Part shown: piece after piece, positions 22,893 through 33,396 of the stretch
Numbering within the stretch: the stretch's first letter is position 1
How the letters are laid out: the number at the start of each line of letters is the position of its first letter
Origin: a virus
Taxonomy: Duplodnaviria > Caudoviricetes
DNA length: 64,000 nucleotides
Virus record (IMG/VR): IMGVR_UViG_3300031992_000018
Span: 32,001-96,000 of that record
Direction: 5' to 3' (one strand)
The notes under the pieces: model-generated
Seen by the model: the letters and a program-made list of their open reading frames with translations, nothing else
What the model was told of the DNA's origin: nothing
Database searches by the model: none
Translations under genes and position numbers: made by a program

Positions 22893-25800
22893 TTATTCTT
22901 CAGTAGCTTCATCAACAAGTAATGTTGTTGAATTTAATATACTTCCACTTGAAGTATAATCATAATTTGCTGTAATTTCAACCATATAATGTTGAGGTTC
23001 ATTTATAAGAGAATCTCTTAAATCAAAGTAAATACCTTTAGTAATATTATTTACAGTTTCATTATCTAAATAATATTCAAATACAATAGGAACAGAAATT
23101 GATTTACCAACTTCTACTTCAACATATCCATTATAATTACCATTAGTAAGTATTGTATTTCTACCAGTAATATCTGGATATAAGAAAGCTCCTATAAATA
23201 TATTTGTTGCTGGATTTACACCATTTACAGTATTATTTGCAATAAATTCAGATAATGATGATTCAGCATCTAACATTACTAATTTACCATCTAAATTAAT
23301 ACCAGCAATATCTTCAAAACGGTTAAGATAATTATTAGCAAGTGTTTGTTCATAGATAAAGAATTCAATATCCTTTGAACTATATAATTCAAGATTTGAT
23401 TTATCTGGATTGAATTTATCAGCTAATATATCAAATATACCATCACCTTTATAATCAAGACCAACCCAAGTTGATTCAATCATTTCTTTAATTTCTCCAG
23501 TATTTCTCTTTCTATATCCAAGAAGAGGAGAATCAAAGTTTCTCTTCATATATGTATTAATTCCTTTAAAATCAAGTTTAGATATATTAGTTGTTATAGA
23601 TTTATAATCTTGAAGATCTTGTGATTCATTATCATAATATATCTTCTTTCCTGTATAAGGATTATCTTGACGGAAATAAATCCATTGACCAAGAGTCTGA
23701 TAACTTAATGTATTATCAATAAATATTGGTACTCTTTCATAATGATAAATATATTGTTCATAGAATTCATTATTAGAAAGAAGAAGAGGAATATCTATAT
23801 TTCCTGGGAATATTGAATATAATTTAATATTACTGCTTCCTGTATTCTTAATAACAATATTCATATACTGTTTTACAAAAGCATCAGTAATATGATCATC
23901 ATTATATATATTAATTTTATTTATTGCATTATTAAATAATTTAACATTCTTATCATTGAATGTTACATATACTTCATATTTCTTATTAAATTCTGAGTCT
24001 AATATTGTTTTTGTATTTTCAATGTCATTACTCATTGTAGTAAGCTTATCTTTAAGAGAGATAAGATTATTATCTGAAGTATTGAAACCTGAATAAATAT
24101 TTTCAGGCATATGGTAATAAACAACATTATTAGACTTTAATGAATTGTTTACGTGATCTTGATAACCATCATTAATAAGTGTCTGACTAAATCTTGAATT
24201 TATTAAATCAGTATCATTTTCATTTAATATTGTGGAAAGTTGTAAATTGTCACTAAATTCATTAGGGAATACAACTGTCATTTCATCACTCCAAGGTGTA
24301 TATAAATTAATAAATGGTTGACCAATATTATATTTATATCTACATCTAAGTACTACATCTTCACCTTGAACAATAGGAATATCAATTTGATTCCATTTAA
24401 TTATATTCTGTGTAGATGAATAATCAACAAAATCAATAGTAAATCCAGATAAAGTTGAATTAAATACTAATTTTCTTTCTCTTTCAATATTATCTAATTT
24501 AATCCAATCTGTAAATACATTTGAATTTATATTAGTAATAGTTGTAGTTTCTTTTGTAGGAGATTTATATTTATATTCACATTCAAGACTTATAATCTGT
24601 ATTTTATCACTTTCATTAGAATGTAACCATGTTTCAAGTTCATTTGTATTAGTTATACCTCTTACTCTATATTTAGTATCTTCTCTAGCAATTTGAATAT
24701 CTTTACTGATTGCATTGATATTTTCAATTGTTGAATTTAATTGTTTTTGAATAGTTACTTTCTGTGCATAATATTTATCAAGTTTAGCCTTAAGAGCTTC
24801 TTGAGAAATTTGTACTTCTTGAGAGAAGTCTGTATTTATAAGAGTTGAATAAACATTATTAATATTATCTTGAAGAGAAGATAACTGAGTATTCAATTCA
24901 TTTTTCTGACTATGTAAATTTATAATATCTTCAGAAGTAGAATCATCAACAAGATGTTTATTAATAGGAAGAACTTGAAGAATACCATCTCCCATAAATG
25001 TTTCATTGACAAGAGTCTTAATTGTTGAATTATCCTGGATTGATACAATAATATCATTTGTAAAATTACTTATCTGAGGATAAATTGTTTCTGAAATACC
25101 AATAAGAATATCACCAATATTTGTACAATATTTATTATAATATTCTATATAATTCATATGATTACCTGTAGAATCAAGAATTGGATTACCATAAGTATCA
25201 TACATTTTAATTGAACTTAAATCAATTAAATATGGTGAAGAATATAAACTTCTTGTATTGTTATATACTAAACTTAAGAAAATACATATATATTGATTTT
25301 CTTCAAGAGGAACATTTACATAATGATATTTATTATAATTAGAAACATAATATTGTAATTCCATGTTATTATTTTCTTTATATGTCTGAAGATTAACATG
25401 TCCTATAGTTTCTGATATTGATATTGTCATTTGTTTAATATCAACATTAGTAACTTTATAAATTACTGTTTCATTAGGTAAACATACACTATCTCCAACA
25501 GAAAGAGTAAATTCTGTACTTTCATCTTCTTGTGAATGATATTGAAGAGTATCTTTTATTTTAAGAACATAATGTCCACCATTATCATCTGAAATTATTT
25601 CATCAATTTTAAATGATGATATATATGCTTCACTCTTTATAGGTAACTGTAATTCACTTTCATATTCTTCATAATCTATTCCTTTAGTATAATTATAAAG
25701 AGCTGCTACATATTCAGAATATGAATTTAAATTTAAGTTTCTTATCTGTGAGAATATATTATAATTTGAAAAGACTATCTTTTTCATATAGATCTTTTCA

Positions 25801-26228
25801 ATATTATCAGGTAGATTATTTATATTTAATTTTAAAAATGTCTTAGGTGAAACTAAGTCTTTAAAAAAGTTATTGTCTGTAATAGATCCATGAACATTAG
25901 AAGTAGAAAATTCTGGTACAAGGGGTGCTGTAGAACTTTTTACAAGTTCTAATTTAGTCATACTGTCTTTAGTATTGAACCATGCTTCTCCAGAAGTTGG
26001 AATATTAAATAAATTATTAAAATTATTTTCTAGTGTTTCTAATTTACTTTCTAAATAAAATAATGATGGTATTGTCAATGTTTTTTCTTCATTATCCACA
26101 GTTACTGTAACAGCAACATTTGTTGATGTTGAAGATAAACTTTGATTCATAGCCTCAACCATACTAACTGCATTATTATACAATTTAGTAAGTTGAACAT
26201 AATATTCTTTTAATGAATTATTTATCAT
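22893..26228 (-). CDS. Large putative structural protein with central coiled coil (1111 aa)
   Basis: Heptad-like segment around aa 435-510, late operon. Confidence 0.55.
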   Translation of the reverse strand: MINNSLKEYYVQLTKLYNNAVSMVEAMNQSLSSTSTNVAVTVTVDNEEKTLTIPSLFYLESKLETLENNFNNLFNIPTSGEAWFNTKDSMTKLELVKSSTAPLVPEFSTSNVHGSITDNNFFKDLVSPKTFLKLNINNLPDNIEKIYMKKIVFSNYNIFSQIRNLNLNSYSEYVAALYNYTKGIDYEEYESELQLPIKSEAYISSFKIDEIISDDNGGHYVLKIKDTLQYHSQEDESTEFTLSVGDSVCLPNETVIYKVTNVDIKQMTISISETIGHVNLQTYKENNNMELQYYVSNYNKYHYVNVPLEENQYICIFLSLVYNNTRSLYSSPYLIDLSSIKMYDTYGNPILDSTGNHMNYIEYYNKYCTNIGDILIGISETIYPQISNFTNDIIVSIQDNSTIKTLVNETFMGDGILQVLPINKHLVDDSTSEDIINLHSQKNELNTQLSSLQDNINNVYSTLINTDFSQEVQISQEALKAKLDKYYAQKVTIQKQLNSTIENINAISKDIQIAREDTKYRVRGITNTNELETWLHSNESDKIQIISLECEYKYKSPTKETTTITNINSNVFTDWIKLDNIERERKLVFNSTLSGFTIDFVDYSSTQNIIKWNQIDIPIVQGEDVVLRCRYKYNIGQPFINLYTPWSDEMTVVFPNEFSDNLQLSTILNENDTDLINSRFSQTLINDGYQDHVNNSLKSNNVVYYHMPENIYSGFNTSDNNLISLKDKLTTMSNDIENTKTILDSEFNKKYEVYVTFNDKNVKLFNNAINKINIYNDDHITDAFVKQYMNIVIKNTGSSNIKLYSIFPGNIDIPLLLSNNEFYEQYIYHYERVPIFIDNTLSYQTLGQWIYFRQDNPYTGKKIYYDNESQDLQDYKSITTNISKLDFKGINTYMKRNFDSPLLGYRKRNTGEIKEMIESTWVGLDYKGDGIFDILADKFNPDKSNLELYSSKDIEFFIYEQTLANNYLNRFEDIAGINLDGKLVMLDAESSLSEFIANNTVNGVNPATNIFIGAFLYPDITGRNTILTNGNYNGYVEVEVGKSISVPIVFEYYLDNETVNNITKGIYFDLRDSLINEPQHYMVEITANYDYTSSGSILNSTTLLVDEATEE

Positions 26229-26243
26229 ATCTCTATTACTATA

Positions 26244-27557
26244 TTATTTCCATTTATATACAAGTTCATTGAATAATGTATTTACTTTTTCTTCAATGAT
26301 ACTGTCTAAGTTATTTAATTTTTCTTTCATTTCTTCATTATCTTTCTTATAATCATCTAATTGTTGTTGTAATTTTTCAATATCTAAATTATTAGTTAAA
26401 CTACTTACAATTTGTTCAAGTTTTGTAACTTTAGTATAAAGATTATTTATTTGATTAGATAATGTTGATTGACTAGATAATATTTTAGCATATGTTGCGA
26501 ATGCTTGCTGATTATCTTTTGAAGTTATATCATTATTCTGATATTTATTAGAATATGGGAATGGTTTAAATTGTGAAGAAATTACAAGACTCCAAGAAGG
26601 AGCATATTTAGAATTTTGATCTCTTTTTAATTCAATAACTTCATCACTGAACCAAATACCAAGTGGATTATTAATACTTCTTTTTTCTTTTTCAGAATAA
26701 TCAATATCTGTTTTAAGAATTATCTCTCCGGTTTCTTCATCAAGAGTATAATTTTTTAATTCTATATTTTCTTCAAGAGTTGTATTTTCATCAACTTCAT
26801 TGAAATTAGTTTGATAATTAATATCTGTTATATCAAATAAAGGAATTATAACATTGAATTTAATATAATTTCTATCTTCATCAATTTCTTCTAATTCATA
26901 TGTTGAATAAAGTTCATATTCATTTGATACATTTTCTTCATCAAGAGAATCTGGTTCAAAATTAGGTTTAAGATTTTTATATTCTGAATCCTCTAATTCT
27001 TCTGTTGACCAACCATATAAAATATTTAAATCTTTATCATATGGTTTTCTGTCACCAGAGTTTACTATCATTTTATATAGTTGTACAGAATTTGAATTTT
27101 GCTTATATCCTTCTCCAGAATCTATAATACATATTGTATCTGTATATGTACCTTTAAAATCAAATTCAGTAACTTCTCCTAAAAAAGTTATTTGATAATT
27201 TTCATCAAATTTACTAATACATTTAAATAACCATGCAAGAGAATTTACATCAGCTTCTATATCAAATTCAGAAAGATTATCTTGTAGTTTTTCTGTATAA
27301 AAATCTCTTAAGAAAGCAAGTTTGTTTTCATAATATCTAACAAGATAATTTTTAATAAAGTCAGCTTTTACACTTTCTTTAGTTTCTCCTTCTGGTATTT
27401 CTTCTAATTTAGGCATATATAAACACAAAAATCTAGATGGATATACTTTCCAATCTGTTGAAAGGAAATTACCAGTAAGAGCTTCAGTAAAATTACTAAA
27501 TGTTAAAAAATTACTGTCATCTGTTTTTGTATAAAATAAATTAGTTTTTCTTTGCAT
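26244..27557 (-). CDS. Putative structural protein with C-terminal coiled coil
   Basis: Start reassigned to ATG 27557 (MQRKTN), downstream of the late promoter motif. Confidence 0.6.
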   Translation of the reverse strand: MQRKTNLFYTKTDDSNFLTFSNFTEALTGNFLSTDWKVYPSRFLCLYMPKLEEIPEGETKESVKADFIKNYLVRYYENKLAFLRDFYTEKLQDNLSEFDIEADVNSLAWLFKCISKFDENYQITFLGEVTEFDFKGTYTDTICIIDSGEGYKQNSNSVQLYKMIVNSGDRKPYDKDLNILYGWSTEELEDSEYKNLKPNFEPDSLDEENVSNEYELYSTYELEEIDEDRNYIKFNVIIPLFDITDINYQTNFNEVDENTTLEENIELKNYTLDEETGEIILKTDIDYSEKEKRSINNPLGIWFSDEVIELKRDQNSKYAPSWSLVISSQFKPFPYSNKYQNNDITSKDNQQAFATYAKILSSQSTLSNQINNLYTKVTKLEQIVSSLTNNLDIEKLQQQLDDYKKDNEEMKEKLNNLDSIIEEKVNTLFNELVYKWK

Positions 27558-27575
27558 ATATAATATCAATATTTC

Positions 27576-27589
27576 TATAATTAAAAATA
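27576..27589 (-). promoter_or_regulatory. Class L (late) promoter TATTTTTAATTATA
   Basis: Motif recurs upstream of structural operons. Confidence 0.65.
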
Positions 27590-27617
27590 ATTTATTATAA
27601 TAATTTTACATAGGTAA

Positions 27618-27648
27618 ATGAATAAGAAATTTAAGATTTTCTATATTA
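27618..27648 (+). promoter_or_regulatory. Class E promoter ATGAAT-N18-TATATT
   Basis: Motif recurs upstream of + strand non-structural genes. Confidence 0.65.
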
Positions 27649-27670
27649 ATTTAAGATAAATGTTAATAAT

Positions 27671-28423
27671 ATGAATGATATTAAAAAACCTTTGGTATTT
27701 CCAGATATAGAAACAACGGGTCTTAATAAAGAACAAGATTCAATTATTCAATTTGCAGCAATTAAGGTTGATCCTATAACTGATGCAATTATTGATTCTA
27801 TTAATTTATATATTCGTCCAATTGGACCATATACTATTACTATACAAGCATATCTTAAACATCATATTAAACCAGCAGATCTTCAAGATAAACCAACATT
27901 TCCTGAGGTTGCTGATAAAATTAGAGATTTTCTTGAAGGTTGTGATATTGTAACTTATAATGGAAATGGATTTGATTTACCTTTTTTGAAATATGAATTT
28001 ATTAAAGCTGGTAAAGATTTTTCATTTTTAAATATAAATTGTTATGATGCTTATGTAGAAGAAAGACGTAGAAATGGTATAACTCTTGCTCAGACATTTA
28101 AAAGATATGCTGGTTGTACAATGGAAGAAGCTGGATTAAAACCTCATGATGCTTTTAGTGATGTAAAAGCAACTCATAAGATTTTTTCAGAACAACAAAA
28201 GATTCAAGAATATGGACCAGAGTCTGTATTAACTGAAGACAATAGTATTATTTTAACTGAATTTAATAACAGAGAATTACCATGTTTTAATATTGGTAAA
28301 TATAAAGGACTTCCTATTTCTTATATTTCAAATGTTGATCAACAATATTTAAAATGGTGTATAAGTGATAATTGTAATTTTGTTCAATCAACTAAGAATT
28401 ATATTAGTAAATATATTAAATAA
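27671..28423 (+). CDS. DEDDh 3'-5' exonuclease (DNA polymerase III epsilon-like)
   Basis: DIETTG, YNGNGFDL, HDAFSDV motifs and a C-terminal GKYKG...YLKW module. Confidence 0.9.
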   Translation: MNDIKKPLVFPDIETTGLNKEQDSIIQFAAIKVDPITDAIIDSINLYIRPIGPYTITIQAYLKHHIKPADLQDKPTFPEVADKIRDFLEGCDIVTYNGNGFDLPFLKYEFIKAGKDFSFLNINCYDAYVEERRRNGITLAQTFKRYAGCTMEEAGLKPHDAFSDVKATHKIFSEQQKIQEYGPESVLTEDNSIILTEFNNRELPCFNIGKYKGLPISYISNVDQQYLKWCISDNCNFVQSTKNYISKYIK

Positions 28424-28428
28424 ATAAT

Positions 28429-28650
28429 ATGAGTGAAAATATAGAAGATTTAGGAAGTTTAATTAAAGATGATGTAATTGATGTAAGTACTTTATTAAAT
28501 TATTTTCTTGAAAGATTTAAACATTTATTATTATTTTCTACAAGTGATAATTCAATACAGTCATTAGAAAGATTATCAAGAATAATTATTGCAACTAAAA
28601 AAGCACAATTAGCAAAAATACATGAAAAGGATATAGAATCAAACCCTTAA
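28429..28650 (+). CDS. Hypothetical protein
   Basis: Operon-packed ORF. Confidence 0.6.
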   Translation: MSENIEDLGSLIKDDVIDVSTLLNYFLERFKHLLLFSTSDNSIQSLERLSRIIIATKKAQLAKIHEKDIESNP

Positions 28651-28663
28651 AATTTAATTAATT

Positions 28664-29104
28664 ATGATATACAATAACATAGATAAACTTATTGCTGAGG
28701 CAATGAAAAATCATGACAATGTAAGATTGTCAACACTTAGATTAATTAAGACAAAGTTCCTTGAATATAAGACAAGTAAGGGAGCTAAACCAATTGATGA
28801 AACTATTGAAATTTCAATTCTTAGAAAAATGGTTTCTGAAAGGACAGATTCTCTTGGTATATATCTTTCTGCTGGTAGAAATGAACTTGCAGAAAAGGAA
28901 CAAAATGAAATAAATATTATTAAGGAATTCCTTCCTGTTGAAATTACTGAAGAACAAATTTCTCAAGCATTTAATTCTGTATTAAGTAAAGGTATTGAAC
29001 CTATTAAAAAGAATATGGGTGTATTTATTAAAGAGATAAAGAATATTCTTCCTACAGCAGATGGTAAAACTGTTTCTACTTATGTACAAAAACATTTAAG
29101 TTAA
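28664..29104 (+). CDS. yqeY: GatB/YqeY domain protein
   Basis: AMK..D..RLSTLRLIK, AGRNELAEKE..EI.II..FLP, KNMG, ADGKTVS. Confidence 0.9.
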   Translation: MIYNNIDKLIAEAMKNHDNVRLSTLRLIKTKFLEYKTSKGAKPIDETIEISILRKMVSERTDSLGIYLSAGRNELAEKEQNEINIIKEFLPVEITEEQISQAFNSVLSKGIEPIKKNMGVFIKEIKNILPTADGKTVSTYVQKHLS

Positions 29105-29106
29105 TT

Positions 29107-29487
29107 ATGATATTTGATATTTATGATGATAATAGATATTATCCATTAATTGATATTGAAAATTATTATAGATTTAATGAATATGATAATAAACATTATC
29201 AAACAATAAATACTACTATATGTCCAATGGGATTTAGTAGATTTATATTAAAGAATAAAGAATATTTTGATAATAAAGATAATTTAAAAACATTTATTTC
29301 TTGGATAGATCATCTTAGAGATTTAGGATTTTTACTTAATGAAATATGGAGAAATAATTCTGATTTTCCTATGAGAAATGATGATGAAGAATATTCATCT
29401 GAAGAAGCTAGATATGTTGAAGAAAAAATCCGAAAAGAAGTAGAAATATTTTGTTCATATTGGAATCTTAAAATCAATGAAGATTAA
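29107..29487 (+). CDS. Hypothetical protein
   Basis: Operon-packed ORF. Confidence 0.65.
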   Translation: MIFDIYDDNRYYPLIDIENYYRFNEYDNKHYQTINTTICPMGFSRFILKNKEYFDNKDNLKTFISWIDHLRDLGFLLNEIWRNNSDFPMRNDDEEYSSEEARYVEEKIRKEVEIFCSYWNLKINED

Positions 29488-29489
29488 TT

Positions 29490-29744
29490 ATGAGTGGAAA
29501 AACAATAACACAATCAATCAATACAGATACTAATAAGAAAAAATATTTAACATTGGTATTTAGTTATAATGATTGTACAAAGAATAGTTATGATACTGTA
29601 AATAATTTTATAGCTCATATAATATCAGAAACTGATAAGTATAATCAGAATAAACCATATGTTAGTTCAACTAGATATAATATTGAAAGATTTTTTACTT
29701 CTGAAAATATAGACATTAAAGATAATGATATTAATAGTTTATAA
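29490..29744 (+). CDS. Hypothetical protein
   Basis: Operon-packed ORF. Confidence 0.6.
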   Translation: MSGKTITQSINTDTNKKKYLTLVFSYNDCTKNSYDTVNNFIAHIISETDKYNQNKPYVSSTRYNIERFFTSENIDIKDNDINSL

Positions 29745-29774
29745 ATTATTTTTATAAAAAGATTAATTGATTAA

Positions 29775-30056
29775 ATGAAAAAATTAGTTGATTATATAAA
29801 TGAATCAAAAGGAGATCCTATTGATGAACAATGGATAAATGATGAAAAACCAGTAATGACTAAAGATGGCCGTCAAGCTATTATTAAATCAATAGATATG
29901 GATGAGGTTCCTAATATAATTAAAGGAGCAGTTAAATGGAATGAAGATCTTCTTGATTATGAATGGTTAGATGATGGAACATGTAAGAAGGCTCTTGACC
30001 GTCTTGGAAATCCTAAGAAACCTGATGAAAGTGATAACCTTGTAAAAGCAATTTAA
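29775..30056 (+). CDS. Putative internal head protein with capsid-targeting-like leader MKKLVDYINE
   Basis: Leader motif, and late-promoter core TATTTTTA at 29747-29754. Confidence 0.6.
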   Translation: MKKLVDYINESKGDPIDEQWINDEKPVMTKDGRQAIIKSIDMDEVPNIIKGAVKWNEDLLDYEWLDDGTCKKALDRLGNPKKPDESDNLVKAI

Positions 30057-30059
30057 AAT

Positions 30060-30332
30060 ATGGATATAGATATTAATCAAATTGGTCGCCAAGGATATAA
30101 AATGCTTCAAACAATGCATGTAATTGGTGATAAAGAAAAGAAAGATTTAACTCTTAAAGAAAGAGAAGAAATAATTAAAAATCTTTATGAACATTTAAAT
30201 ATGTCCATAATAAAATGTGGTCAAGATAGAAATCATAAGTATGAATTTTTATCATATTTATATCTTAGTGTGATCCTTTATCTGGATAACTTGGATTTAA
30301 ATAAATTTATAAAACTTTCTACAAAAGACTGA
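30060..30332 (+). CDS. Hypothetical protein
   Basis: ORF. Confidence 0.6.
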   Translation: MDIDINQIGRQGYKMLQTMHVIGDKEKKDLTLKEREEIIKNLYEHLNMSIIKCGQDRNHKYEFLSYLYLSVILYLDNLDLNKFIKLSTKD

Positions 30333-30450
30333 ATTTAATTTTAATATTTTTCTATAATATAAATGTAATTTTAATGTTTATTTGAATTGATATTAACATA
30401 TAAATTAACAAATATCAATTCGTATGTTTAACTTTTAAAAATCAAATTAA

Positions 30451-31530
30451 ATGAAAAATCAAAAATTGATCACTGCTGCAGATGTATGTGATGTTCTTGA
30501 GTCACCTTTTGCAGATGATAAGGAGAGAATTAAATATATCTCTCAGCATTACGGACAGATGACCATTACTAAGGCCTTTTCCGTATATTATGGACTTGAA
30601 ATTGATGATGATAAGAAGTCCAATAAGAATGTCATTAATAATATTGAACTCGGAAAAATTTATACTGGTACTGTCAAGGAGTTCACAAAGAATATTATGA
30701 CATTTGATATTCCTGGTGTAAAGGAGGAGATAATCTGTAAAGAGCCATTTGGCACATGTATGGACAGTATCAGAAATTATCTTCTTACCCATGATAATAA
30801 GCTTATGTTTGAGGTTCGTGAGAAGGAACGTGATAAGTATTATGTAAGTGTTATCAATGCTTACTATAAGGCATGGGAAAATCTTATTAAAAAGGCTATT
30901 GACCATGAAGATGGTATCAATGTTCACATTGATGAGCTTGTAAAGGGTGGTTATGTTTGTCACACAGATATTACAACTCTTACTGAGTTAACAGGTAAAA
31001 AGTATATTTCAAGTGTATTTATTCCTGGTTCTCATATTGTATTGAATATTGAACGTGATTTTGAGAAGTGGATTGGTCAGGATGTAGTTATCGTTCCTCA
31101 AAAGTTTGTAGAATTTAAGAAAGACCTTAAGACAGGTTATACTGAGAATAGTCTTGTTGGTTCAAGAAAGAGAGTTCTCCAGATTCTTGGTACAAAGAAT
31201 ATGTTTGACCTCTGGAATGATCTTGAAACAAAGAAGAAGCTTGCTTCTCTTTCTAATAAGACTGATGTTAAGTCTGATGTTTATGAAGGTACTGTAACAG
31301 GTATTATTAATTCAAACAAGAAGACTGGTATTTTTGTTGAGCTCAATGGAAAGTATATTACAGGTCTTATGCCTATTGATACTTCAGAGCTTCTTGATTA
31401 TCGTCCAGGTGATGAAATCAAGGTTAGAATATCTGAATTTGAAATTCAGGAAGGAAAGGAACCTTTCGTCCTAAATAAGAAAAATCAGATTATTAAGTGT
31501 AATGTCAGACCTGTTTTCGAGGTTGCATAA
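30451..31530 (+). CDS. Ribosomal protein S1-like protein (three S1/OB domains)
   Basis: ELGKIYTGTVK; KGGY...VFIPGSHI...LVGSRKRVL; VYEGTVTGI...GIFVEL..ITGLMP...PGDEIKVRI. Confidence 0.85.
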   Translation: MKNQKLITAADVCDVLESPFADDKERIKYISQHYGQMTITKAFSVYYGLEIDDDKKSNKNVINNIELGKIYTGTVKEFTKNIMTFDIPGVKEEIICKEPFGTCMDSIRNYLLTHDNKLMFEVREKERDKYYVSVINAYYKAWENLIKKAIDHEDGINVHIDELVKGGYVCHTDITTLTELTGKKYISSVFIPGSHIVLNIERDFEKWIGQDVVIVPQKFVEFKKDLKTGYTENSLVGSRKRVLQILGTKNMFDLWNDLETKKKLASLSNKTDVKSDVYEGTVTGIINSNKKTGIFVELNGKYITGLMPIDTSELLDYRPGDEIKVRISEFEIQEGKEPFVLNKKNQIIKCNVRPVFEVA

Positions 31531-31531
31531 A

Positions 31532-31559
31532 AAAAGAGAGGTTTTAAAACCTCTCTTTT
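31532..31559. terminator. Bidirectional terminator
   Basis: Perfect palindrome AAAAGAGAGGTTTTAAAACCTCTCTTTT between convergent genes. Confidence 0.9.
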
Positions 31560-31995
31560 ATTTTATAACAGTAATTACACCTGAATAACTATTTGTTCGT
31601 TTATTATATAAAATAGTTCCTTCATAAGGTTTTTCTTCTCCTGTTGATGGATCTAAGTAAGTAAAATATTCTTGTTTACTTTCAATAGGTGGATTATATT
31701 CTAATTTAAATAAATCTCTTTCTGTGTATGTAAAATATACATTACCATCTTCATCTTTCTTTATTGATTCAAAATATCTTATTTCCTTATTTTCATTATT
31801 GATATATGAATAATAAGATAAGTAACCTTTTACTTCTTCAATTTCTGGATGGTATTCAAGTTCTTTATTTAAAGTATTCTTTTCAGAAATAGTAAGTATT
31901 CCATTATATGAATTATTATCAGATATAATTTTACCTACATATTTTTTCTTATTACCATCTTTGTCAATGTAATAAAATTTATCTTTATAAGCCAT
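31558..31995 (-). CDS. Small beta-repeat protein (3 repeats)
   Basis: Y/F.Y.D..G....Y.G.I......SY.G repeats, paralog of ORF 32888. Confidence 0.7.
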   Translation of the reverse strand: MAYKDKFYYIDKDGNKKKYVGKIISDNNSYNGILTISEKNTLNKELEYHPEIEEVKGYLSYYSYINNENKEIRYFESIKKDEDGNVYFTYTERDLFKLEYNPPIESKQEYFTYLDPSTGEEKPYEGTILYNKRTNSYSGVITVIK

Positions 31996-32009
31996 AGTTA
32001 TGGAATAAT

Positions 32010-32870
32010 TTATTTATTAAGAATTAATCTACCAGTAAATTTAACACCAGATTCAGCATAAGCTGTAAGTGTACCTTCTGAACCTTTCTTAAGTTCATCA
32101 GTTGTAGCATTTAACCAAACAATACCTTCTTTACCAGTATTTGTATCAACTGAGAAAATATCTGGAATTGATGAATACCAATAAAGCTGAGTATTAGTAA
32201 CATTTTCTGGAGTAAGTGAATATGAAAGTTCAAATTTATCTCCACAATTAAGACGAATTGGTTGTTCAAATTCAATACTTGTTACAGGATAACGATTCTT
32301 ATATTCTACAGTATGTCTATTATCAGCAATACTATCCCATTTATTAAAGAAATATGTTCCTTCTTCATTACAGAAAGTTACATCATAAATAAGTTCAAAT
32401 GCACCTGAATAAGCATTTTTTGTAAAGTATTCTGTATTACCATCAAGATTCATTTCAGAATATGGGATTTCTTCATACTTTTCACCATCTGGAACAAATA
32501 TTGTTGTTTGTGAAGGTAATTTACAATAAATTGATGGGGGATTTGATGCTTCAAAATCAAGTTCTTGTAATGATGTACAACCATCAAATGCTTCTTTACC
32601 AATATATTCAATTGTTTCACCAATAGGTACTCTTTCAAGTGATGTACAACCCTTGAAAGCTCCTCTCTTAATTTTCTTAATTTCTGGTGGGAATGCTATA
32701 TATGATAATTCTGTGCAATTTTGGAAAGCATAAGCACATACTTCATCAGTATTATCAAGACCATATCTTACAACATGTGTATCTGCTTGAGCAAATGTAT
32801 GAGTATAAGGAACTTGACTTTTATCAGTAAGTTCTACATTTTCACCATCAATGATAAGTTTATTAATCAT
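32010..32870 (-). CDS. BspA-type leucine-rich-repeat protein with C-terminal Ig-like (Big_2-like) domain
   Basis: AF..CT.L..I...I..I...AF repeats and LSYSLTPENVTN..L.W.SS. Confidence 0.85.
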   Translation of the reverse strand: MINKLIIDGENVELTDKSQVPYTHTFAQADTHVVRYGLDNTDEVCAYAFQNCTELSYIAFPPEIKKIKRGAFKGCTSLERVPIGETIEYIGKEAFDGCTSLQELDFEASNPPSIYCKLPSQTTIFVPDGEKYEEIPYSEMNLDGNTEYFTKNAYSGAFELIYDVTFCNEEGTYFFNKWDSIADNRHTVEYKNRYPVTSIEFEQPIRLNCGDKFELSYSLTPENVTNTQLYWYSSIPDIFSVDTNTGKEGIVWLNATTDELKKGSEGTLTAYAESGVKFTGRLILNK

Positions 32871-32887
32871 AATATATTATATTAATT

Positions 32888-33301
32888 TTATTTTTCTTTA
32901 AATATTTTAACTATTTCATCATGAAGAATATCTTCTGTTACTTCTCCATAATATGAATTAGATTCTAAATCAAATTTTGGTTTGCCAATAAAAACTCTTT
33001 CTCTACCATAATTATCTTTATATGAGAAATATTCATCGACATGTTCAACAGAATTTACTGTAGGATGATAATCTAAAATAACTTTATGTGTTGTAATTGT
33101 CTTTCCAATATATGATCCATCTAAATCTGTAACAACAATTCCTGAATATTTTAATTTTTCTCCATTTGCATTTGTATAAGTATAATATTCAGGTACATAT
33201 TCTTGTCCAGGATGATGTATTAAAGCTATTTTAATATTTCTTTTTATTCCTTTACTTGCATTAGTACCAGGTTTTTTATTTGAAAAAGAAAATGTTGCCA
33301 T
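32888..33301 (-). CDS. Small beta-repeat protein (2 repeats)
   Basis: Paralog of ORF 31558, late promoter at 33322-33335. Confidence 0.7.
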   Translation of the reverse strand: MATFSFSNKKPGTNASKGIKRNIKIALIHHPGQEYVPEYYTYTNANGEKLKYSGIVVTDLDGSYIGKTITTHKVILDYHPTVNSVEHVDEYFSYKDNYGRERVFIGKPKFDLESNSYYGEVTEDILHDEIVKIFKEK

Positions 33302-33396
33302 ATTTATTTATTTTACCAATTTATAATTAAAAATAAAATATAAAATGAATTATTAGAAAATGATTCTATATTAATTATGTAAAAACAAAGAATATT

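Noticed and set aside
26239-26246. Extra CTATATTA copy between two minus-strand genes
   Set aside because: No -35 partner or + strand gene downstream, and expected by chance at this AT content.
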